A stretch of 63,563 nucleotides of DNA, filler included, from Octopus bimaculoides (Eukaryota), in assembly GCF_001194135.2 (NCBI RefSeq). It is 6 parts of 6 records of this genome, joined end to end, with 100 filler letters (N's around TTAATTAATTAA, not from the genome) between each part and the next. Parts side by side here need not be neighbours in the genome. Positions count along the whole stretch, not along the records: positions 11,739 to 35,892 come from NC_068994.1; positions 35,993 to 49,279 come from NC_068983.1; 4 more parts are not named here. One strand, 5' to 3'. Position 1 is the first letter of the stretch. Each line of letters starts with the position of its first letter. Below the pieces are notes generated by a model. That model was not told where the DNA came from and searched no databases. It saw only the letters and a list, made by a program, of their open reading frames with translations. Shown here in pieces: positions 24,651-36,019 of this stretch. The position numbers were made by a program, and so were the translations under genes.

Positions 24651-24887
24651 AACAGTGCTAAATCAACTGTGGACTGTAGACTGTTATCTTGCACAATGTA
24701 CCACTTGCCAAGTGACAAACTAAAAGTGTTTATAAATAGCTTAGAAGATATAACACATAAAACTGTGTAGAAGTACGCTATCAACACATCACTGTATGCC
24801 TTCTGATAGTGTCTCAGGCATAGACACATTGAAAATATTTAAAGTACACGTGACCTGCTATAGAAAAAAAAAAATATATAATCTTAC

Positions 24888-25038
24888 CCATAATTCCTCA
24901 GGATAACCACCAACATAAGCAACTGAAGGAGCTGTGTATTCAACATTTACTTTTGGGAGAAATATCTTAAGAACTTCTTTATTTGTTTGAGCTGCAGCTG
25001 AAATGGGGCTGATTGTTATGCTGAAGTTTCGACCAATT
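24888..25038 (-). CDS. Laminin-G domain gene exon (R-IGRNFSITISP...AYVGGYPEELW)
   Basis: Acceptor tcatttttctag, donor gtaaga; 151 nt, phase 2 in (AG+A=Arg), phase 0 out; LamG YVGG motif. Confidence 0.9.
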
Positions 25039-25411
25039 CTAGAAAAATGAAGAAGTATACACATGTATAAGTGTATNNNNNNNNNNNNNNNNNNNNNNNN
25101 NNNNNNNNNNNNNNNNNNNNNNNNNNNNNNNNNNNNNNNNNNNNNNNNNNNNNNNNNNNNNNNNNNNNNNNNNNNNNNNNNNNNNNNNNNNNNNNNNNNN
25201 NNNNNNNNNNNNNNNNNNNNNNNNNNNNNNNNNNNNNNNNNNNNNNNNNNNNNNNNNNNNNNNNNNNNNNNNNNNNNNNNNNNNNNNNNNNNNNNNNNNN
25301 NNNNNNNNNNNNNNNNNNNNNNNNNNNNNNNNNNNNNNNNNNNNNNNNNNNNNNNNNNNNNNNNNNNNNNNNNNNNNNNNNNNNNNNNNNNNNNNNNGGA
25401 GAGAGAGAAAA

Positions 25412-25486
<75 letters not shown>

Positions 25487-25669
25487 TAGAGTATCCAGTT
25501 ATCTCACATCCAAAACGAAACCAAATTAGAAGATAGGCTGAAATGAATCAATAATACTATATACATTTATAAATATATAAATTTACCCAATCTATTGACA
25601 AATATATGAATGCATGTTTTTTTTGACTCACTGATTCTTAGATGTGTGTGTGTGTGTGTGTGTGTGTGA

Positions 25670-25860
25670 AGGCATGTGACTTGGCAGTTACAGTATTTAG
25701 TTCAAGATTGTAAGGTCATGATTTCAATACCCAACAGTGGCCTGTATTGTGCTGAATCTCCCTGAAAATTATATTAAGTTTGAGGCATGCCTGTGAAGTG
25801 CTCAGCCACTTGCACATTAGCAGGCTGCTCCTTTGATTGGATGAACCAATGTAGTGTCAG
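25670..25860 (+). mobile_element. SINE family D, internally deleted
   Basis: Head plus tail similarity. Confidence 0.6.
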
Positions 25861-25867
25861 TTTTAAG

Positions 25868-26085
25868 CGTGGATGGATGAGGACAGTGGCATAAAGAAGT
25901 ACCAATCATTTAAAGTGGAGGGAAGTTGCGGAAGAGGGAGACCCAGGAAGACATGGGACAAAGTGCTGGAGGTTGATCTCAAAATGCTGAGCTTTATGAA
26001 GGAGACAACAGAGGACCAAGATATGCAGTGTATTGCTGTATTCAAGAAGACCCACCCACCACAACACAATTGATATCCTAAAACC
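25868..26085 (+). mobile_element. RTE-clade LINE C-terminal fragment
   Basis: VEGSCGRGRPRKTWDKVLEVDL motif. Confidence 0.75.
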
Positions 26086-26335
26086 AAGATGCCACATGAA
26101 AAGCATTGGGGTGAGTGCTGGTTCCACATAAAAAACACTGGTGATGGTGCCATGCAAAATGTATCCAGTACACTCTGTGGAGTGGTTAGCACCAGGAAGG
26201 GCATCCAGCTGTAGAAACCAAGCCAAAACACTATGGAATCTAGTGCAGCCCCTGGCTTTGCCAGTTCCTGTCAAGCTGTCCGACACCATGCCAGCACAAA
26301 AAACAGATGTTAAGTGATGATGATGATGATGACAT
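26085..26335 (+). mobile_element. SINE family C copy
   Basis: Same body and tail. Confidence 0.75.
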
Positions 26336-26849
26336 AATACACACACACACATGTAGGCATGTATGTATGTATGTCTATTCTATTTTTTAATAATTATAAA
26401 TCTTCCACTGAGGAGGGAGCCGGTCTCCAACAAAGGACACAAGGCTCCATCTTTGAGATGTAGTTAACACAGACAAATTCACATTTAGAACTTGAAAAAA
26501 GTCTTGCATATTTTTACTGTTCCACTCACAGATTGGACTTGTAATGTATGAATCAGCCAGTCAATTTCTCTTTCTGAAAATCCCAGTTTATCCAGATTAT
26601 CCTTTAAGCATTTACTAACAAAACCTAGCGCTCCAATTATTATTGATATGAATATGAGTTCATAATCTGGATATAGAAACTGGAGGTTTCAAAGCAGTTG
26701 TCCATAGATATCCTTTTTTGCATGATTGGTTCGTTGGTTGGTTGGTTGGTTGGATGGATGGATGGATATTTTATGAGAAGTTATACATAAAAACAATTTT
26801 ACATGAAACTAGAGGATTAATTGATTCCTTTTAGTAAAGTTCATTTTCA

Positions 26850-26943
26850 GACAGTAACTTCAAAGTTTCGGTTTGCTAGCAGCTAGTCTATAATGATAAC
26901 AGTATGATGATGGTGCACAAGCTGAAACTTCAAAGTTACTGTC
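26850..26943 (+). mobile_element. Small inverted-repeat element containing a decayed type I HHR (26899-26942)
   Basis: 22-bp inverted arms (19/22 match); acagt-ATGATGA-t-ggt..gct-GAAA-CT-tcaa-AGT-T-actgt. Confidence 0.5.
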
Positions 26944-27112
26944 AACCATTTTCCTTGTAAAAATGAATAATATATGAGGATAATAATACATCATTATCCT
27001 CATTATCATCCTCACTGCTGCTGCCCCCGCTGACACCACGACGACCACCACCACAATCATCATTTAATGTCCACTTTCCATAGTGGCATGAGTCGGATAG
27101 TTTGACAGGAGC

Positions 27113-27562
27113 CCTATTTTTTGGACTGCCATGCTGGCTTGGTGATAACTATTAATATCTAGTACCGCTGCCGTAGTCTCCTTTAGAGAGACTTAGAAAT
27201 ATTAATATTTCTATTTTTGAAAACTAGTGGATGTATTCCACTGAATTTAGGTAAATAATCCTTCGTACAGATGGTCAGTAGTGACACCTGCTGGGTTCAG
27301 TTGCTCTACATTGATAAGGGGCAAACACCCTGAAACTAATCTGTAGATGCCAGACCAGCAAGGGGAAGCGGCTGACCTCCCCTATTCGAAGGTTATAATG
27401 GAGACAGATTCGTGTGTCACATAGCTAGCTAGAGGCAATGGCCTCTTGGAGCTAATCAACAGCAGCGTTCGTCCTATTTTTTGGATTGCCATGTTGGCTT
27501 GGCGATAACTATTAATATCCAGTACTGCTGCCGTAGTCTCCTTTAGAGAGATTTAGAAATAT
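27113..27562 (+). mobile_element. Retrozyme-like HHR element, copy 2: 360-bp monomer with 90-bp terminal redundancy
   Basis: Direct repeats 27113-27202 and 27473-27562 (6 differences, all C/T); degenerate HHR at 27305-27347; ends at (TA)n. Confidence 0.6.
27305..27347 (+). ncRNA. Degenerate type I hammerhead ribozyme
   Basis: Helix I tctaca/tgtaga; core TTGATAA (consensus CTGATGA); helix II gggg-caaaca-ccct; GAAA; ACTAAT-C, probably from palindromic ACTAGT-C. Confidence 0.55.
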
Positions 27563-27587
27563 ATATATATATATATATATATATATT

Positions 27588-27650
<63 letters not shown>

Positions 27651-27910
27651 CACACATAGATGTACACATGTATTATATATATATATATAAAATGAAAGTA
27701 AAGCAAATAAAAATTGCAATATTTTCTAACTCACCCGTGTGTGTGTGTGTAGACATACACACATTATACATGAGTACATGTAAGCCGGTATATATAATAT
27801 TCATGCTTGTATAGACGTGCTAATTATCTGCATACTCAAGGAGTCTAAAGTTCCACCTGATTGGTTACAAATAACAGTTTTGCATCAGGATCTACTTCTA
27901 AAGGTTCATG

Positions 27911-27952
<42 letters not shown>

Positions 27953-28249
27953 TGTGTGTGCTTCTGTTTACGTGAGTGAGCATACATAAGTATGTGTGTA
28001 AACCATACATATATATGTATGTGTGTGTATGAATGCAAATGTCTATGTGAATGTGTTAGAAATTTCTCACATTATCTATAAGAATTTAGCAAGTTACTGA
28101 CTGTAGTATTAATAGCATGAGAACTTTCCTTTTGAATAGAATGCTCTTTTATTTATAGGAAGTGTTTAGGGCAACTAAGCTGAGTAGTCATTGGTAACGA
28201 AGGCCTTATTTCACGTCTGCTTCTTTTTGTCATTTTTCTCTTTCCCATT

Positions 28250-28570
28250 CTGACATATGGTTTAGTGGTTAAGGTATTTGACTCACAATTGTAAGGTTAT
28301 GTGTTCAATTCCTGGTGGCAAGTTGTGTCCTTGAGCAAGACACTTTATTTCATGTTGCTCCAATCCAATCATCTGGCAAAATTGAACAGTAACTGCATTT
28401 CAAATGACCAGCCTTATCACATTCTGTGTCATGTTGAATCTCCCTGAGAACTATTTTAAGGGTATGCATGTGTGTGGAGTACTCAGCCACTTGCACACTA
28501 ATTTCATGAGCAGGCTGTTCCATTGATCAGATCAACTGGAACTCTCTTCATTGTAACCAATGGAATGCCA
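28250..28570 (+). mobile_element. SINE family D (tRNA head plus ctgtggagtgctcagccac tail)
   Basis: A/B boxes tggtttagtggtt / gttcaattcc; tail shared with 25670-25860 and 31500-31690. Confidence 0.8.
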
Positions 28571-28599
28571 CTTATTCTGCCACTGGCAAGAAAGGTCTG

Positions 28600-28960
28600 C
28601 TCCAGCAATTGTTGCTGTCACTTATCATCTCTTGCTTGAGGTCCAACATCCTGAAATTAGCTTTTGCAACACCTCCCTCTGTCTATCTCAGACTTCTTCT
28701 TCTACAACCTCCTTCCACAACAATGGCCATCTCAATACTGTCTGCCTAAAGGACATGACCAGTCAGTCATATTCTTTGTTTGTTATCATATCTTGAAGCC
28801 TTTGCAATGATTGTCTTCATAAGATATCTTTATTTCTGATATGGCACAAAATTCTCAGGATTTTCCTCAAACATTTTTGATGAAAAATTCAACCTTTTGA
28901 CGATTCATGTAGTTTTCTCCCGTGTTTCATTTCCTTAAGGTATTGTTTATAACATGAGGC
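28600..28960 (-). mobile_element. Highly decayed RTE-like LINE fragment
   Basis: Broken ISEIKISY.DNH..., GRQ..DGH...EIDRGR pattern resembling an RTE C-terminus. Confidence 0.35.
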
Positions 28961-29116
28961 GGTGTTTCCATTTCATCTTTCCATTTCTGCTTTACACATC
29001 AATCTCAGAGTTTTGGTGTCATTTGACACAACCATGTCAGCACCTATATTATTGAATAGTCTAAACTATATAGTCTTAGAAAGTACATGAAATAAGCAAT
29101 TATTAGAAAATGTTAC

Positions 29117-29250
29117 CTTTGGATTCCAAACTTGTACCAAACCTCTGGTTTTGTTTTACTTTTAGATTCAACTACTTTAAGTTCATTTCCATCCATATCG
29201 TACACTGACAAAACCACAGCACTCTTCTTCAGGCCAAGAATATAGCTCAC
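29117..29250 (-). CDS. Laminin-G domain gene, first visible exon (VSYILGLKKSAVVLSVYD...EVWYKFGIQ)
   Basis: Acceptor tttcttcag, donor AG|gtaaca; 134 nt, phase 0 in, phase 2 out; LamG strand pattern including the W-Y-x-F-x-I-x-R motif. Confidence 0.85.
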
Positions 29251-29569
29251 CTGAAGAAATAAAAGAGACGCAGAGAAGGCATGCATTGGTTTATTAAAAG
29301 TTGGAGGATGAGAAAGAAAAACAAATGACTCAGAGAAAGGTTTTTTCAAAAGTTTACTAATAATTCTGAATGCATTAATTTCATTATCATGTATAAATTG
29401 CATGAATTAATTACATTAATTTTTAATTGATTATTTAATAGAAATTAATTATGACTAATTAAGTTAATAGTAAATAAACACATCATCCTCATCATCATCA
29501 TCATCATTATCATCACTAGTGCCAACAAAATTCAATGTTAGTTTTACATGCTTATGAGGAAGAATCTTT

Positions 29570-29775
29570 TCTACTCTAGGCACAAGGCCCAAAATTTTGT
29601 GAGAGGAAGCCAGTCAATTAGATCAACCCCAGTATGCAACTGGTACTAAATTTATTGACTCCAAAAGGATGAAAGGCAAAGCTGACCTCGGAATTTGAAC
29701 TCAGAACATAAAGACAGACAAAATATCGCTAAGCATTTCGCCTGGCGGGCTAACATTTCTGCCAGCTTGCTGCTT
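29570..29775 (-). mobile_element. SINE family A copy
   Basis: gatgaaaggcaaagctgacctcggaatttgaactcagaac. Confidence 0.8.
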
Positions 29776-29799
29776 TCTTGTGGGGAAAAATGTGCCTTC

Positions 29800-29804
29800 T
29801 CTGG

Positions 29805-29875
<71 letters not shown>

Positions 29876-29877
29876 TA

Positions 29878-29916
<39 letters not shown>

Positions 29917-29957
29917 AGAGAGAGAAAGAGAGTGTATGAGAGAGAAAGTGTGTATGT

Positions 29958-29991
<34 letters not shown>

Positions 29992-30163
29992 TGTGTATAT
30001 GTGAGAGTGTGTGTGTGTGTGTGTGTATGTGTGTGTATATGTGAGAGTGTGCGTGTGTGTGAGAGAGATAGTGTGTGTGTGTGTGTGTAAGAGAGAGAAA
30101 GAGTGTGTGTGTGTGTGTGTGTGTAAGTGAGAGAGAGGGTGTGTGTATGTGTAAGAGAGAGAA

Positions 30164-30202
<39 letters not shown>

Positions 30203-30358
30203 ACAAATTCCAAGCATCACCCTTACAGATGTAGGAGCAATATTCCATTTCGGATCACAGTAACTGTATTAGCAACATGAAGTTATCGTGACTGATGACG
30301 AAACCAGAATATAAAATTCCATTTTACTGAAAATTAATTGTTACTCTGAGACAATAAC

Positions 30359-30427
<69 letters not shown>

Positions 30428-30503
30428 CGTAGTAGTAGTCGTAGTAGTAGTAGTAGTAGTAGTCGTAGTAGTAGTAGTAGTAGTAGTCGTCGTCGTCGTC
30501 GTC

Positions 30504-30556
<53 letters not shown>

Positions 30557-30585
30557 CGTAGTAGTAGTAGTAGTAGTAGTAGTTC
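29800..30585. repeat. Compound (GT)n/(GA)n and (TAG)n microsatellite block
   Basis: Direct inspection; source of the poly-HT and poly-Y ORFs. Confidence 0.95.
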
Positions 30586-30719
30586 AGAAAATGCGTGGGA
30601 AATTTCATGTTTACAATATTAAAGATTATGATAAGTGTAATAATCAGAGCAAAAATAAGGTTGATGATAATGATGGAAATGAGGACACACTGAAAAACTA
30701 GTTTGCAATGTCTCAGTTA

Positions 30720-31110
30720 TATTTTACTTGTTTCAGTGATTGGGCTGTGGCCATGCTGGGGCACCACCTTGAAGGATTTAGTCAAAATCAAATTGCGGCC
30801 TGATACTTATTCTGTTGGTCTCTTCTTTTGCCGAATGGTAAGTTACAGACACATAAAACGAACCAACACCGGTTCTCAAGTAGTAGTGAGGGACAAATAC
30901 AAACACACACACACACACACGCATCTTTTATCTGTTACTTGTTTCTGTCATTACTGCAGTCATGCTGGGGCACAACCTTGATGGGTTTAGTTGAACAAAT
31001 TGATGCCAGAACTTATATTTTTTAAATCTGGTACTTATATCAGTCTCTTTTACTGAGCTGTTAAGTAATGGGACATAAACAAACTAATACTGGTCATGAA
31101 GGGGACAAAT
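30720..31110 (-). mobile_element. Two tandem 3' fragments of SINE family B
   Basis: Tail motif ttacttgtttc occurs twice. Confidence 0.7.
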
Positions 31111-31214
31111 ACACATACATACATACAATACATCAATACATTCATACAAACACACATGCATACATACATTCATACATTTATAGATACATTCATAGATACA
31201 TACATACATACACA

Positions 31215-31455
31215 TAAAAGTGCCGGAGTGGAGCCACATAAAAGCACCTGTGCACTACCATGTAAAAGCATCCAGCACACTCTGTAAAGTGGTTGGTGTT
31301 AGGAAGGGCATTAGGAAGGGCTGTAGGAACCATGCCACATCAGACTGAAGTTTGATGCAGCTCCCCAACTTGCCAGCTTTGGTCAAACCATCCAACCCAT
31401 GCCAGCATGGACAAGACATAAAACGATGATGATAATGATGATGATGATGATGATA
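31215..31455 (+). mobile_element. SINE family C copy
   Basis: Same body and tail. Confidence 0.8.
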
Positions 31456-31499
31456 CATACATACATGCATACATATATACATAGATTCATACATGTTGT

Positions 31500-31690
31500 T
31501 GTTGTTGTTGGCACTCCGCCGCTTAGGACGTCGAGGGTTCCAGTTGATCCGATCAACGGAACAGCCTGCTCGTGAAATTAACATGCAAGTGGCTGAGCAC
31601 TCCACAGACACGTGTACCCTTAACGTAGTTCTCGGGGATATTCAGTGTGACACAGTGTGACAAGGCTGGCTCTTTGAAATACAGGCACAA
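31500..31690 (-). mobile_element. SINE family D 3' part (young)
   Basis: gttccagttgatccgatcaacggaacagcctgctcgtgaaatt. Confidence 0.8.
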
Positions 31691-31989
31691 CATGGGGATT
31701 AACACATAGGGATTAACACATACTTTAAGAAATTATTATTTCTTACATTTAATTGTTTATGTTATGATTTTATCTACTCCATGCACCCAGACCTTGAGGA
31801 CACCCTGTAGATATTCAGGAGAAAGTATGAAAAGAAAATCAAGTATTAAAGAAAGGAGAGAGAGAGAGGGAGAGTTAGATATATACGTACATCCATACAC
31901 ACACACACACACACACAGCATATACATGTGTGTGTGCGTCTGTACATACATACACATACATACACAATCACACATATAAAAAAAATTTT

Positions 31990-32190
31990 GTTTCATTCAT
32001 GAGACTGTGGCCAATCTGGGGCATTGCTTTGAAGAATTTTTGTTGAATTAATCGACCTCAGTACTTATTTTTTTGTTAAGCCTGGTACTTATTCTATCAG
32101 TCTTTCTTGTTGAATTGCTAAGTTATGGGGATGTGAACACACCAACATCAGTTATCAAGCAGTAGTGGGGAGACAAACAGATACAAAGAC
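31990..32190 (-). mobile_element. SINE family B 3' part
   Basis: Reverse match to tail and core. Confidence 0.7.
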
Positions 32191-32206
32191 ACACACACAC
32201 ACAGAT

Positions 32207-32680
32207 ATCATCATCATCATCATCATCATCATCGTTTAACGTACACTTTCCATGCTAGCATGGGTTGGACGATTTGACTGAGGACTGGCAAACCAGAAGG
32301 CTGCACCAGGCTCCAATCTGATCTGGCAGAGTTTCTACAGCTGGATGCCCTTCCTAACACCAACTACTCTGAGAGTGTAGTAGGTGCTTTTATGTGCCAC
32401 CAGCACGAGGACCAGTCAGGCAGTACTGGTAACAGCCATGCTCAAATGGTGATTTTTACGTGCCACCTGCACGGGAGCCCATCCAGCAGCACTGGCAATG
32501 ACCTCACTTGAATGTTTTTTTCACATGCCACCAGCATAAGTGCCAGTAAGGCGATGCTGGTAACGATCACGCTCAAATGGTGCTATTTACGTGCCACCGG
32601 CACTGAAGCCAGACAGTTGCTCTGGCAATGATCATGCTCGGATGGTGCTGTTAGCACTCCACTGGCACGGGTGCCGGTCA
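32207..32680 (-). mobile_element. SINE family C long copy with internal repeated gtgcca units
   Basis: Reverse match with a repeated 5' module. Confidence 0.8.
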
Positions 32681-32851
32681 TCGAATTTGGTTCGATTTTG
32701 ATTTTATTTGCCTCAACAGGTCATCGCAAGCAGAGTTTAGTGTCCAATGAAGTAAAGGTACAAATAAGTGGGCTGGCTACACTCCTGGCAGAGACCACAG
32801 ATTATGGTCTCACTTGGCTTGCCAGGTCTTCTCACGATATATATATATATA

Positions 32852-32897
<46 letters not shown>

Positions 32898-33087
32898 TGA
32901 CAGGCTTCTCTCAGTTTCTGTCTACCATGTGTACTCATAAGGCTTTGGTCAGCCTGATGCTATAGTAGAAAATGGAGAAAAACATAGATTATGAATAAAC
33001 AAGCTTTAAATGTGGTCCAATTGATGTACCAGCTAATCTATGTTCTTCTCCATTTTCTAATTATATATATATATATATATATGTGTG

Positions 33088-33160
<73 letters not shown>

Positions 33161-33224
33161 TATATGTGTATGTATGTATGTATGTATATATTTATGTGGG
33201 TATATATTTATGTGTGTCTTTGTG

Positions 33225-33600
33225 CCTGTTTGTTCTCCCACCATCACTTGACAACTGCTGTTGGTGTGTTTACATCCCTGTAAGTTAGTGGTTCAGCAAA
33301 AGAGATCAATAGAATAAGTACCAGGCTTACAAACAATAAGTCCTGGGGTCCTTTTCTTTGACTAAAAGGCGGTGCTCCAGCATGGCCGCAGTCAAATGAC
33401 TGAAACATATAAAAGAATAAAATATATGTATATGTATACACACACACACACTATGGGATTCTTTCAGTTTCCAGCTACCAAATCCATACATAAAGAATTG
33501 GTTGGCCCAGGGTCATATTAGAAAACATTTGCCCAAGGTACATGCTGAACCTGAAACCAGAGAAGCAAACTTCTTATCAGACAGCCACACCTGTGCATAT
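33225..33600. mobile_element. SINE family B fragments (plus-strand tail, then minus-strand head)
   Basis: Tail to about 33420; reverse head about 33450-33600. Confidence 0.7.
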
Positions 33601-33959
33601 ATAGTAGAAGGCATTTGCCCAAGATGCCACAGTGTGACTGGACTGAATCCAAGGCTTATAGGCAGAATTATTTTTTTAGAGACAATTAAATGTCTTATAA
33701 GCGCAATATAGGGATAAATATCTAATAAGCACAATAAATGTCTTGTAGACACCGATGCATATCTTATAGATATGATCATTGTGACAAGATTAATATGCTG
33801 GCTGGATGACTAAGCAGTAAATCATAAATGCAAACGCAGAAACTATTGTGTACTTCTCTGGGACAAGGTAGGTAACTCTGCTTTCTTTAGTTTTTTTTTT
33901 TTTTTTCTAATTAACAATATATTCTACACAGATTCTTAACTAATAACAGGTTGGCTGGA

Positions 33960-34570
33960 TAATAGGAGGAAGGATAATACAAAATACAATTCCATCAACA
34001 ATGTATGGCAAAATCCTACTTTAAGCAACCCATATAACCCCTCATAATGCTTATATTTTTTGGAACTTTCAGGAAATGTTTCCAAATTTGTGTTCTATGC
34101 ACAGAAATTCATGATTTTTTAAAACTGTCCCCTCATCACCCCACATCTCAGAAATCCTAAAAGTTCCACTCAAATTCAAATTTTTTTTTTTAAATCAGTG
34201 TTTAAAATACGGACAGGCCAAATTTTTTGCTTAAATCCCAACAATGGACCATTCTTGGGTGCAACAACATTCCATTAAATGTGTTTATGGGGAGAAAAAT
34301 ATTGAAGAATGTCAATATATGTCAGAATGACAAAGAAATGAGAAAGGTACGAGGTGGTCAGGAGATGTGCTAGAAATAACATCTAAATTGTCCTTAAATC
34401 ATACAAAAATTTTTTTGCATAATTCTATGAATTCCTGTGTGTAGAACATAAATTTGTTTTTAAAATTCTGAAAATACCAAAAAGAAAAAAAAGTTATGAG
34501 GGGTTATATGGGGTACTTAAACCAGAATTCCACCCAATGTACAAATACCAAAATCTATCCAAACCTATCC
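33960..34570. mobile_element. Old foldback/MITE with long imperfect inverted arms; ends approximate
   Basis: cccatataacccctcataa vs ttatgaggggttatatggg; aaatttgtgttctatgcacagaaattcat vs atgaattcctgtgtgtagaacataaattt. Confidence 0.6.
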
Positions 34571-34629
34571 CACAAACACTAACAAGGAAAATAGATAAAA
34601 ACAAGTTAGAAAATGAAAAACTAATTAAA

Positions 34630-35130
34630 GGTGGGTGCAGTTATGGTTGTGTCCACCACAAGGACCAGTCCTTGTTTTAGTGTCATGGTTTGTATGCTTC
34701 AATGATCCAGAAAGATATACCAATAGAGTGCAAGCTCTTGGTAGGGCCTCCCATGCCAGACAGATGAAACGATGAAGACCAGGCTAATATGGACCACCCC
34801 TTCCTAGTGGTAATAATTGGTTAGCATAGGGCTAACATCCCTACTGAGAAAAATGTAACATTACAGAAGTATCAATGACAATTTTAAACCAAGAAATCCC
34901 ATGAGAAGACGACCTTCCCTCAGGGGAGTATGACACATCAGGCCCTGACCTGCTACCCACAGGGGAAGATGCCCTAAAAATTGCTGAAGGTAAAATACTG
35001 AAGGAGAGCTGAAAAAACAGGGATCCAAATGTGGAGAAGTAGAAAAGACAGTCCAGATTTGAGAACAGTAGAGAAATTCTTTCAATGACCTGTATTCCAT
35101 ACGGAGTGAAGGGCTTGAGAAAGTAAGCAA
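34630..35130 (+). mobile_element. RTE-derived relic (5'-UTR-like start, internally deleted)
   Basis: aatgatccag...gcaagctcttggtagggcctcccatgccagacag resembles RTE 5' UTRs; no intact ORF. Confidence 0.4.
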
Positions 35131-35299
35131 GGCATGGATGTGCGGTGAAGAAGTTTGGTTCTAGTTCTGATCACTCTAACCCCACTATGTAGCACTATGC
35201 TCAAGTGTCTTCTACAACAGCTTGAGCTGTGAATGATTTGAGTGAAATTGGGCAAATTGAAACTGTGATATATATAAATGTGTGTGTGTGTGTATATTG

Positions 35300-35540
35300 G
35301 ATGCTTTTTGTTAGTGCCACTTGAACTAAGTGAAGTAGTGAGCTACGTGTGACCTCATTAGTGCTACTGGCATTGAAAACAGCATTCAGAACACATAAAG
35401 TGGTTGGTATTAGGAAGGGTATCCAGTCATAGAAGTCACGCCAAAGCAGACACTGGAGTACAATGCAGTCTTTGGATCTATCACATCTTGTCAAAAGATC
35501 CAACTTATGTGAGCATGAAACATGGACGTCAATTAATGAT
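35300..35540 (+). mobile_element. SINE family C old copy
   Basis: Diverged body and tail. Confidence 0.65.
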
Positions 35541-35892
35541 CTCACTCACACAAACACACACACACACACGCACACACGGTGATGGTCATTAGTTTTTTTG
35601 CTAGTTAAACACACACACACAATTTATTTGATTTTCACTTTAGTTTTTATTTGTATTATTTCTAGTTCTTTCGTCAGACATTTTGTGATGTTATCAGTGG
35701 CTCTTTGTCCCATTTTGTCCTGTCTAGAAATGGAATGAGCAGGACAAGAGGAGTGCGTGGGTTTAATTGACAACAAAAAATTTTTTTAAATGATCATGTC
35801 CCAAGTATAACAATATGTTTCAACACATATTTTCACATCAAGAATCCTGCAAAACATAAATGTATGTGTATATATATATATATATATATATA

Positions 35893-35992
35893 NNNNNNNN
35901 NNNNNNNNNNNNNNNNNNNNNNNNNNNNNNNNNNNNTTAATTAATTAANNNNNNNNNNNNNNNNNNNNNNNNNNNNNNNNNNNNNNNNNNNN
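35893..35992. other. Artificial scaffold linker
   Basis: Same construct as 11639-11738. Confidence 0.95.
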
Positions 35993-36019
35993 ATATATAT
36001 ATATATATATACCTGTGTG

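Noticed and set aside
30292-30304. CTGATGA-C-GAAAC
   Set aside because: There is no helix II between the core halves; likely chance.
30227-30326. Possible upstream LamG exon (ttttcag...gtaagg; [11 protein letters not shown] resembles TxxxDGLLL)
   Set aside because: The 100-nt version has stops in all three frames. The 37-nt version from the internal AG is either out of phase with the 29250 acceptor or not LamG-like. It needs RNA-seq.
31747-31804. Exon-like segment between ctacag and gtaaga
   Set aside because: Stop codons in all three frames.
33680-33870. Plus-strand AG...GTAGGT exon-like segment
   Set aside because: No open frame from either candidate acceptor.
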